A stretch of 64,000 nt of DNA, taken from assembly GCA_973895155.1 (NCBI GenBank), contig OZ316897.1, positions 522,515-586,514 of the forward strand. The letters are read 5' to 3'. The notes under the pieces are model-generated. The model ran no database searches, was not told the origin of the DNA, and saw only the letters and a program-made list of their open reading frames with translations. The DNA comes from Marsupella aquatica. Its lineage: Eukaryota > Plantae > Marchantiophyta. Below are positions 1-10,515 of this stretch, piece after piece; the stretch's first letter is position 1; each line of letters starts with the position of its first letter. Made by a program: the position numbers and the translations under genes.

Positions 1-2516
1 TCTACTTAATCAGGCCATGCCTGAGGAGTCCAGGAACAGTCAATTTGATTGAATATCAAAGGAGAAATTGAAAGGCAATTGTTTTTGCTAAACCTTCTAT
101 TGTCCTCTCCAATTCTTTGAGTCCTGAAATACAAGGCCAACAGTAATTCATAACTATAATATCCAATCAGGCTCTTTCTTTCTTGCTTTCTTGCTCAAGG
201 TCTGTGTACAAAATGTCATTATGGCAGGAAGTAGAATCTGGGGAGTATGTGATATTTTTCCTAAAGTTACATGGTTAAGGTCATAGGTTAAGCAGAACAC
301 GTGGACTTTCTAACAATGGGAGGTTAAGACTTGCTTCCACAACTTTCATGGGATTTCCATAATTTCTGGACAGAATGGAGCTTAAGTTGTGTTATCATTT
401 TTGAAGTTACTTGCTATTCCCATAATCTCTTGCAGGAAACTAACATTCAACAATTATATACTATGATGGAGGTCTAGGCAGGGGTTCTAGCCTGAACCCT
501 AAATTTCTTCACTTTCTTTCTGGTCACTCAGTCTCTTTACATTGCTGAGGGTGTTGGGATTGATTGCATGGGCAGTGGTCACCGTGCTGAGTAAACTTTT
601 ACAAGTTACTAACCCGAGACCAGACCCACACCATGCATACCATTATCCTCTACATAAATCTTGAGTTGTAGAAAGGCAGTATCCTAGTATTGCCGAGTTC
701 CGATACACAGTATGCTAGGACTGCAAGGTTTTGCAACTGGGCGCTGCAGACTGTGTACTAGTGTACTTGTTTGTGCCCGAGTGTTGCATGGTCCGTAGCT
801 GGTTGGCGAGCTGTCAACATGACAGGAAAGGAGACGAAGGAATTGTCGATGGGCGTGAGAAATCGTGGCACTTGGCAGGTCAATGCAATGCAGCTGTGAC
901 GTGATTCGCCCAAGCTCGCCACGAAGATGGATCGGAGTCTTTGCGCCAAAAATGACAAAAGGACTGCCCAGAAAATCAGATTACAAAGACAATCAGTGTC
1001 AATCATTAGACGAGGGAGCGATGGGGAATGTGTGAGAGTTCTCGGAGGGGTTGCCGGAGCTGGATTTCATCGAAGTGTGGAAGATAAGGTTCGCTGGGTA
1101 GCTTGCCATTTCCGCATTGACGATTACGGAATCGCTGGCTCGTCAAAGCTCACGTTGGCTCGTCAAATCTCACGTGTGTGAGAGGTTGGCAGCTGACAGA
1201 GGAGGAGAATCTGAATTAGGGCTTTAGTTCGAATGTGAGCCCAATTGCGTCCTGAGAGAAGTGTTCGTTGCCAGACTGAGGCCAATTGTGTCCACACTGA
1301 CAAGCTTGGAAGCCGTCATTGAAGAGAGTCACAGAAAGAATGAGAAATGATGGAGATGTAGAGACATATTTCGCATCATAGAAAAAGAAGAGCGCAGTTG
1401 GCCATCAAAGAGAAGGAGAGAAATTGGACGAGGTGTTGAATGCTGTCGAAGAGAGGGAAGAGAGTGCAGCTCATTCTAGACAGGGAGAAAAACTGGCAGA
1501 GGCTAGCATCAGAGGATTAGGTGCACGGGTAGTCTTTGCGGATTAAGTGCACGGGTTGTCCATTAAAGACAACGAGAGTAATTGGACGTGTTTGCTCTGT
1601 CTACAGTCAAGCAAGAGCCGGCGAGGAATTGGAAAGTTCTATTAACTCCTCGCGCCCCTAAGGTCGGACTTACGCATTTGTGCCGTTCTATGAACGAAGA
1701 GACGGCAACTTGCTGGAAGGATCATGATCCTGCTCGCCTGATTCTGAGTTGTCGCATTTGCATTATAAAACTTTCGCTGTGCGCGAGCTGGAAGGGAAAT
1801 TAGCGATTCGTTCTGCCGTATTCGAGGAATCGAAGCCAAGAACAACTAGTTTCGTACCAGAAATGGCGCGGTAGGGAAAGCAAGATTGAGGTCGGGAAGG
1901 AAGAAACATTTAGAGCACAGTCTCGTTTCCTCCTTCAGTGATCTTTTTCTGGTAGAGGCGGTCAGTCGAGCTGAATTGTGCGAGAAGTAGGAAGATTCTT
2001 TAAGAACGCTCGAGCTGCTCAAATTGCGAGGGGATTCTGTCAGTACGGCGACTGCGTCTCAAACCTAGCAAGCTTACATTATTTTAAGAGCAACGGACAT
2101 CTTCTCCGCATGTTTCTACAGTGCTTGTGTCCAAATCTGAGCGGCCAGTCAGTCAGTACGAGAGTAAATTGAGCTTCAAAGAGGGGGACCAGTGAATCGC
2201 TAACCACAAATGACCGTAGGACAAAATCTGGGCATTTGATTTTCCCCGAGAGACGTCTGTGCTACCGAGGCGGAGAGGAGTGGATTACTATCCAGAAATG
2301 GTCGTAAGGAAAGTTCGAAATCTGTCATTGCACTGCTAGACCTACCTGCCTGCGAGCTGCGGAGAGGAGAGGACGAGAGGGGGTTTACTACCTAGTAACA
2401 GGAAGTGGCCATACGGAGAGAGGGGAGGAGGAACAGATAGGCGGTGTCGGGAAAGGAGGTCGCGGTTTGTTCGTACGGACGTGGAAGTAAACGGAGAAAG
2501 CAAACAAATAGCAAAG

Positions 2517-5500
2517 ATGAAGAAACAGGTTGTGCGCGCGGGGAAGTACTTTTCAGTTGGCATCCTTTTCATCGCCTGTCTGCCGGTCTTGCTGCCATTG
2601 CTCTTCCTTCTATCGATTTTCGGATTCACCTTCGTGTTACCCCTGGGATGCGCGCTGGCGGGATTTCTCTACCTTCGCAAGTATGTGGGGATGCTGTATC
2701 GGAAGCTCCCCAGCACGCTGGTTGGTTGTTCGTCATGGGGACGAAGACGACCTTTACCCGGGCCTCACACCGCTCCTCCGTTGTCCATAGATTTGCCTCT
2801 TAGGGACCAGCAGGAGATTGAAACCTCCGAATCCGTAGATCCTGAGTTTGATGCCGTTGTCATCAGCACTTCTCAGGAGAAGGAACGAGGGTCTGTTGGC
2901 GGTGCTGACGGTACGGGTATCGAGTCAGAGCCGGAAGCTCTTTCTTCCGCTGATGTATCTGCTGGTGATGGCACTGGAAGAGAGGGTGTCGATGCCGACA
3001 ATTTCGATCAGGATGGCATCACAGTTCGGGAAAAAGATTATGAGACAATTGTTGACAATTGGACAAACAGGGAGGGAACAGATGATGAAACTGCGGAGAA
3101 AGATACCAGAAGAGAGGGAGGTGATGATGAGTCCGATGCCGTTGTCATCAGCACTCCTCCACGGGAAGAGGAACGATGGTCTGTTGGCGGTGCTGGCGGT
3201 ACGGGTATTGAATCAGAACCGGAAGCTGTTTCTTCCGCTGACGTATCTGCTGAGGACGGGACTGAAAGAGAGGGTGTAGATGCCGACAAATTCGATCAGG
3301 ATGGCAGCACAGTTCTGGAAAAGGGTGATGAGACAATTGTTGACAATGCCACGAACAGGGAGGGAACAGATGATGATGATACTGCGGAAAAAGATACTAG
3401 AGAAGAGGGAAGTGATGATGTGTTTACCGAGAATGGGACCAGACCAGAGGAAGCAGGTGAGGTGATATCTGCTGAGAACTGGACCATGAAAGAGGGAGTA
3501 CATGTTCCTACTTTTGCAGAGAACGGGACCACAAGAGAGGAAACACATGATGACACGTCTCCTGAGACGGTGACTGGAAGGGAGATCGGAGAATATGACG
3601 TATCTACTAAAGACGGGACCAAGAAAGAAGGAATTGCGGGAGACACACCTGACGATGATATTAACAGAAGCCCGGTAATTGCTGACGACACATCTCTTGA
3701 TGAGACGAGAGGACATGTAACAGAACTTGACATATTTGGTAAGGATGGGACTGGATCAAAGTGGCAAGATAGCACATCTATCGAGGATGGGACCAAAAAA
3801 GAGGAAGGTTACAACGACGGAGAAACACAGGAAGAAGTGGAGGCCGAGCAGGAAAATGAAATTGAGAATCTAAATGAAGAAAAGATGGAGAACACCATGC
3901 TGAGTCCCGCCAATAACGAGAAGTCTTTTGAATCCCCAGAGGACTTTGGGAGGACTTCAGGTATTGAACAAATAGGAGAAAGGAGTGAGCAGGATGAAGT
4001 CCACGCCAAACCAGATGGTGGGACTCACCCTGAAGTGAATGACGAGGACGAAGGTAGCGAAGGAGTCGAAACACCGTCAGAGGAGACCAAGGAACAGAAA
4101 TTTGAAGCTGTGCCGGATGAACGCATCCTTGGTGGATTGGGAGATGATAGAAACGGGAAATCAGCTACTGCAGTAATTCCTCCTCATAGCTTTCATGAGG
4201 CTTCCGAAAATGAATCCCCCACGAAGCCAGAGGGGGTTCGACAGCTTCTCCCAAATCAAGCTCATGAGGACGACATTTGGATCTGCAAGGAATGCGGATG
4301 GAAGTACCCAAATGCCAAACCTAGCGCCAAGATACGACGGAACCACAAGAAGCACTGTCTGGGATCGTCTCCCGGAGCTCCAGCTCCTGAAGGTGAAATT
4401 GATGCAGATGTGACTGGTCCGGGGAATGAGCATCACTCACAGGAGAACTTAGGCACCGGTGGAACTGCAATCTCTTCTGCAGACTCTGGTGAGCATGATG
4501 AACAGTTAGGAGTCGCGAACGAACTCCCCTCCGTGACCTCGGAGTCATTTCGCTCTGTCCCGGAAGAATTCCCTCACGACATGTGGTCTTCGTTTGATTC
4601 TGTGGACAGTAACTACGATGATGAGCAGGATCAACTGACACAGGTACCTAACGGCAGCTCCTGCGTTTGAGATGGGCTCGTTCTCTCCAATTCTGAATGC
4701 CTCTTTTCTGTCATGTGTTTGAATTCCTTATGGGCATTTTTGTTGTTGAATAAGCTGCCTTCCTTCTCGATAGTTGGCCTCAGGCAGAAAGTGAATTGGT
4801 GATGAGATCGGGTGCATTTTTTCCATCTCTAAATGCGGTGGTTTTTGTACGATGTCGAACTTTTCTCCTTGCGGTTTAGTACATCTTTTCTTCACATAAT
4901 CTTTCTTTGTAGTTCTGGTGGGCACCCACCTGCTTGTAGTTGGTCTAAGGCAGATACGTTATCAGGTTAGCCTCGATTCACCATTCATGATGGTCTAGAC
5001 CTTTGCGTACCGCGAAGCATTGTCTGTGGATAACAATTGCCGAGGTCCTGTTCTGAAGGAAAGCAATTGCCGAGGTTTCTTTGTTTCCTAGCATTTCGGT
5101 CTGCGTCTCATATGAATCCGGCGGGAATACGACAGGTTTAATTTGCGATTACTGGCAGTATTTCGTCGAGTCGAGACAAGGCCTAACCTTCACCAGTCCA
5201 CCACCCATCTTAGAAGGTTTAGGATGCTGGTTTTCCTGGTGTTTTGGTCGAGCTATAGCAATCACGTCCTGTCTGTAAGCCGAAATGGTTCTTCCTTGCA
5301 CCCACGTGTGAGCTCCCCACTTACCTTTATACTTGTCAACCTGTGTCATGGATGGATGAATGAAAGATTGGGCGATGATTTTTCTCTATGCAAACCCGAA
5401 CAGGGGCATAGACAGTCCATGTTTGACATCCTTACCTCTACCGGTGCATAGGTGTGAGGAGTCTGACATCTAGCACAGTTTGCCCAGTTATTGCAGTTCT

Positions 5501-6212
5501 GGCGAGATGTGGAGGCTAATTCGATTGGAGACCCCAAACCAGCACAGGAAGCCTTCCTTCGGAAGAGGAGAGGCAAACCTAGTGAGGGGACCTGAGCAAA
5601 CATTCTCCACCTGCCCTCCTGTCCCTCAATGAACCTTTACTCCAGCCAAAAGCAATCACCTGCAGACCGGAGAGCATTTTTCATCCAAAAGCCAGAGGTG
5701 GTCGGTGATGGTAGAAAATCCAGTTGAAACGAACTTCGTTCAGATCTCCTTGTTTGACTTCTCTGCTGTAACCAACATGTTTTTCAGTTGTTTGAGACTT
5801 TCAGGCTGAAAATGGTAGGTGTCAGATTTATTCTCTGCTAACGCGCTCTAAATGATCTGTTCCTATGACAAATTAAGATTTTAGAAATCTGGTTCTCTTC
5901 CAGCTTTGCACACGATTGTCATCTATCTTTACGATTGCGTCTGAAGCTGTGAATGCTGACCACTTGCTTACGGGTGACTCGTATTCTGTGACGTCACAGG
6001 TTCAACAAGAGCTGCGACTCACTGATGATTTGAATGCAGTGAAAGGAGTTGTTGGGGATAAGCATGTCTCAACGGGCCCCCTCCTTACTGACATAGAAGA
6101 GCTCAGTCAATTTTTGGGCATTGACTTGCCTGTTAGGAGTGCAGATCTGCCTGATATAGAATGGGCAAAGTTGTCTATAGAAGTAATGAAGGTGGTTGTG
6201 GGAATAGATTGA
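2517..6212 (+). CDS. SLDP/PTLD-like lipid-droplet-associated protein with a long acidic repeat region and an internal C2HC-type zinc finger; exons ~2517-4643 and 6000-6212
   Basis: N-terminal hydrophobic proline-containing segment (GKYFSVGILFIACLPVLLPLLFLLSIFGFTFVLPLG). Donor CAG|GT at 4643/4644 and acceptor CAG|GTT at 5999/6000 join in phase 0 to a C-terminal block (IEELSQFLGIDLP...LSIEVMKVVVGID*) resembling the C-terminus of this plant family. The start codon is uncertain (first in-frame ATG 2517; frame open from 2340). Confidence 0.65.
2850..3420 (+). repeat. Coding tandem duplication (~285 bp, 2 copies) followed by degenerate ~19-20 aa units to ~3800
   Basis: gatgccgttgtcatcagcact at 2850 and 3135; the peptide DAVVIST...GTGIESEPEA..SSADVSA.DGT.REGVDAD.FDQDG occurs twice. 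Confidence 0.9.
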
Positions 6213-6784
6213 CATTCTGATCTTCTTTGTCAGCTGATCTGCAATTCATGTACATTTGTAGATTTAAATCAGGAAATTGGATCACAGATTAGCACAAGGT
6301 GTACTAGTGCAGAAAGCTTGAACCCTCTACCAATAGAGCCCAGCTGTATAGCACGAAAACTTAGCAAGCTATCAAGCTAGATGAGAGGCAGTATTTCTTC
6401 TCCGTGTATTTGTACATGTGAGTTTTTTCGCAGCAGCAAGTGAGGACACCCAATGCCTCGATCAGCACGCCCTGCACAACTTGAGCTGTGTCCCAATGTG
6501 GTTAGTCTGGTTTAGAGGCAATGTGCTGCATATATTGGCTTTTATACAAACTCTGATATGTGAATATCATGAAAAATCGACAAGTCGTTTTTGCAGGACG
6601 AGCCACGCGTGTCCTTTTGATGCTCTTGTTTGTGTACGAAATTTTGCGAGCTATCTGTGTAGCCCTTTGTTTTGTCTCATTTCTATCTTCAAGAAGAACA
6701 AAGACTAGTCCACAAGCGCTAAGAATGGCAGATGGTGTTTGATGAAATTGTCATTCCGAGAATGTATCAAAGAACGGCAGAATG

Positions 6785-7092
6785 AACCAACTGGCTTTGG
6801 TCAGTTGGCCAGAGGATGAGCCTAGAACCGAGAGGTCCCAGGTTCAATCCTCCCGGGTGTGGAGGGTATGTGTGTGTGTGGGTGGGGTGTAGTGGTGGGA
6901 GTATTGATTATCTCCTCAGCCCTGGTTGCCCACTTTGGGTTCTGGTTTAATCCTCTCTCCTTCCTGGTCTGGGTCCCTGTCGGATCCTTGGGTATTGTCC
7001 CCTTGTGGCTGCCCTACATAGAACTGCATGCTCCAAAGCAGGACGTCTATCCTCTATTGGATGGGCCTGCTTTCGGTTTTCAAGGCAAAAAA
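6785..7092 (+). mobile_element. tRNA-derived SINE (~308 bp) with 16-bp TSD
   Basis: A-box-like tggtcagttgg, B-box ggttcaatcc (6841-6850), A-rich tail; TSD aaagaacggcagaatg at 6769-6784 and 7093-7108. Confidence 0.9.
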
Positions 7093-8645
7093 AAAGAACG
7101 GCAGAATGTCTTTCTGAAATTTTCTAGTTTACTCATGTTCATGAAAATTATCGTAGATCAGTTTTTGATTCCCTTTTTAAGCTAAATGTAAAACCCCCTG
7201 AGAAAAATAAAATTGTAGTGGTCCAAAGACAATAACCAGATACGCAACAGGTACGCCGTAATCTAAAAACTATGAAAATAGAGTTTGTCACTGGCTTGTT
7301 TCTCTCTTCTTGCTCCATAACAAAGAAGCATTTTTGTATAAGGTGAAGGTCTACTAGGAGCTAGAGCGAGGCGAAGGCCTGACGTCAAAATATGTGGTGG
7401 TTTGCATTTTCTCTCATTTTACATATTTATGATACCCTCCAACTGGACCAAAGTTTAACCACGGACTCAGTTTCAGAATTCTGAAGGACAAGAAGCTGTT
7501 GTCAAGAGAGCTTGATCCAAAGGTTGCCCATAGCCATGCCGAGTTGGAGCTCTCATGGGGAGCAGTTCGCTTCCAGTAGTTTCAGTTTGTGTACTCTAGA
7601 TTCTTAGGTTTAATATCCAATCCAGAGGTGGCTGACTTCGATCCATTCCCAGCCCAAGGTTCTCCTGTGGTGACAAGGGACAGTGTACCTAGATTCATAG
7701 GCTTAGTACCCAATTAATATTTGGCCAACTTTCATGCATTTCCTGCCCAATGTTCTCCTGTGGTGATTTAGGGGTCGTTCTTGAGCTGGCTGGCACTGCT
7801 ATGTTCTTGCTGGTTGCTCTTGCAGCCAAATGAGAATTGTGCCCTGGTGGTTTCTATTGCAGGTGACTTGGAATTCTTCTGGTATCATCGTCACTGTTTC
7901 CTTCATAAAATAAAAAAATAACCTGCAAAAGAGGAACAATCCAATCCAAGCTGCGAGTCAGGCCAGACCTCAACCAATCTGGAAAACGAACCCAATGTCC
8001 ATGTGTTGCACCATTACTCAGGGTGAGGCACAGAGGTGATGATGAGGCAAGGATGGCGAGGTCGAGACCAGGGGGGGTGTCTTTTGCCCATCAAACATTT
8101 TTTCAAATACTGACCATGAGTTCTTTACGCCCAGACTTTTGGGCTATTTGGCTCTCTTGCCTATGTCTCGCAATTGGGTGCCTTCTGATATAGTGGAGGG
8201 TGATAGAAATGACATTTCGGATACAGACACTCGTTCAGAATAGATGACATCTGACAAACCGACAATCGTCCAGAGTACACTATTGTACACCGACAAGAGT
8301 CCAGAATAGACTGGATCTGGCGTTTGGTAATAAATGCTGCAGTACTACAAATCAGAAAAAGTGGACATACGTCCGGTAGTGTATAACTATACACTGGACA
8401 AAGCGGATGAAGAGAACTACCGTAACCTCTTACAGTAATTCCTCTTTCGCAAACGAAGCTTCCTGTTTTTCTTTGTTCTCCATGGAATCTTCAGGAAAGC
8501 TAGCACAGAGTGCCAAGTGCTCTGTTGGGGATAAGTCAAGGCAAAGACTCTAGCATAAAAGAGACGGCAATCGGTCGGCCAGTCGACCCGCACACCAGGG
8601 ATGGGTCTCGGCATTCACAGAGTAGGACCGGTGATGGAATTGGCC

Positions 8646-9153
8646 GCAGGTGGAGAAGCCGAATTTGCCGCAAGGGCGGACGAGTGTGACGCGGGATTGG
8701 GAGTAGTTCCGGTTTTGATCTTACTTTGATTTCGTCTTTTGCCACTTTCACAGCTGTGAAATCAATTTCGAGGGAGTGGAGTGCATACCAAGAACGGGGA
8801 TTAACAGGAGTTGACACAGGTGGAGAAGCGAGCTTTGAGAATTTGCGGCAAGGGCGGACGAGAGAGATTTGGAATTGGGAGTTTCCCGTTTCGATCTTAC
8901 TTTGATTTCGTTTTTTGCCAGTCTCACAGCTGCGAAATCAATTTCGAGGGAGTGGAGTGTATACCAAGAACGGGGATTTTAACAGGAATTGACGCAGGTG
9001 GAGAAGCGAACTTAGAGAATTTGAAGCAAGGGCGGACGAGAGAGATTCGGGATTGGGAGTTGTTCCAGTTTCGATCTTACTTTGATTTCGTCTTTTGCGA
9101 CTCTCACAGCTGCGAAATCAATTTCGAGGGAGTGGAGTGCATACCAAGAACGA
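8646..9153 (+). repeat. Three tandem ~170-178 bp units upstream of ERGIC3
   Basis: caggtggagaagc...tcttactttgatttcg...tcacagctg.gaaatcaatttcgagggagtggagtg.ataccaagaacg in units starting at 8646, 8816, 8994. Confidence 0.9.
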
Positions 9154-9354
9154 GAGCTTGAACATGCTGTTACAGATTTCTGTAGAGTATTTTGGAGTGA
9201 GGTTTAAAGATCCGAGCATACTGCTGTAGAGGCGTCAAGGCAACAGAGCAAGCGGGGTGTATATCAAGAACGGGGAATTCGTAAGGGTGCCGAATTCTTC
9301 AGTTGTGGGTCGACGTGAGGAACGGCGAAGAGTAGTCGTTACGGAGAGGCAAAC

Positions 9355-10515
9355 ATGCAGGGACTTCATAAGCTGCGGCAGCTGGATGCTTTCCCGAAGG
9401 TGAATGAAGACTTCTACAGCCGGACGCTCTCAGGCGGCATCATCACCGTCGTTTCCACTGTCCTCATTTTGGCACTCTTCGTTACGGAACTCCATTACTA
9501 TGTACATCCTGCGCAAGAAACTCAGCTGTTGGTCGACACGTCCAGAGGGGAGACCTTGAATATCAACTTCAGCATCACATTTCCGAAGCTGCCCTGCTCT
9601 GTCGTCAGCCTTGATGCAATGGATGTGAGTGGAGAGGCGCACCTGAATGTGATACATGGGATTTACAAGATGAGGCTGAATTCAGCAGGAGGCGTCTATA
9701 GACCGCCGGAGCTGGCTGGCGTCAATCAGGTCAGGATCGAAAAGCCTCTTCAGAGCCATGGAGGCCGCCTTGGTTCGAATGAGGTCTATTGTGGGTCCTG
9801 CTTTGGTGCGGAAGCGTCACGCGATGAATGCTGCAATAATTGTGAAGCGGTCCGAAAGGCATACCGGCGGAAGGGATGGGCGTTGACAGACCTGGACTTG
9901 GTTGATCAGTGTAAACGAGAGGATTTCCTGAAGAAGGTCAAGGAGGAGGAGGGAGAAGGATGCCAAATGTATGGATTCCTGGAAGTGAACAAGGTTGCTG
10001 GGAACTTTCATTTCGTTCCTGGGAAACCCTTCGAAGAGGCCAATTTGCATGCTCATGATAATCTGCAAGTTTACAAGACGGATTCTTTCAATGTGAGCCA
10101 CAAAATTCACAGCCTCAGCTTTGGACACCACTTTCCAGGAAAAGTGAACCCTCTTGATGGATTTCAACGCATCCAATACAGCACCAACAGCATGTACCAG
10201 TACTTCATGAAGGTGGTTCCAACAATATACTCGGATTTGAGTGATAAAATCTTCACCAACCAGTTTTCAGTCACAGAGCATGTCAAGGAAATCGACCCAG
10301 GGGCTGATCGCTCCAAGTCTGGGGTATATTTCTTCTATGATCTCTCACCAATCAAGGTGAATGTCACCCATGAAAGAACTTCGTTTCTGCACTTTTTGAC
10401 AAACCTTTGCGCTATCATCGGAGGCATCTTTACTGTATCAGGAATAATTGATTCTGTTGTGTACCACGGACAAAGGGCACTCAAGAAGAAGATGGACATT
10501 GGTAAGCTCGGCTGA
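9355..10515 (+). CDS. ERGIC3: ER-Golgi intermediate compartment protein 3 (Erv46/ERGIC3 family), intronless CDS
   Basis: LDAFPKVNEDFYSRTLSGG, LDAMDVSGE, YCGSCFGAE...CCNNCE.VR.AYR.KGW, EGCQMYGFLEVNKVAGNFHF, GVYFFYDLSPIKV, C-terminal TM and KKKMDIGKLG. Confidence 0.97.
   Translation: MQGLHKLRQLDAFPKVNEDFYSRTLSGGIITVVSTVLILALFVTELHYYVHPAQETQLLVDTSRGETLNINFSITFPKLPCSVVSLDAMDVSGEAHLNVIHGIYKMRLNSAGGVYRPPELAGVNQVRIEKPLQSHGGRLGSNEVYCGSCFGAEASRDECCNNCEAVRKAYRRKGWALTDLDLVDQCKREDFLKKVKEEEGEGCQMYGFLEVNKVAGNFHFVPGKPFEEANLHAHDNLQVYKTDSFNVSHKIHSLSFGHHFPGKVNPLDGFQRIQYSTNSMYQYFMKVVPTIYSDLSDKIFTNQFSVTEHVKEIDPGADRSKSGVYFFYDLSPIKVNVTHERTSFLHFLTNLCAIIGGIFTVSGIIDSVVYHGQRALKKKMDIGKLG

Noticed and set aside
1-2340. 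Short ORFs in the first 2.3 kb
   Set aside because: No recognisable motifs; likely intergenic or UTR
3038-4641. Multiple antisense and alternate-frame ORFs over the SLDP-like gene
   Set aside because: Shadow ORFs of a repetitive coding sequence
6790-6860. tRNA gene
   Set aside because: A/B boxes are present but no proper acceptor stem; it is the head of a SINE bounded by a TSD
8811-9161. 116-aa repetitive ORF
   Set aside because: Product of the tandem repeat, non-ATG start
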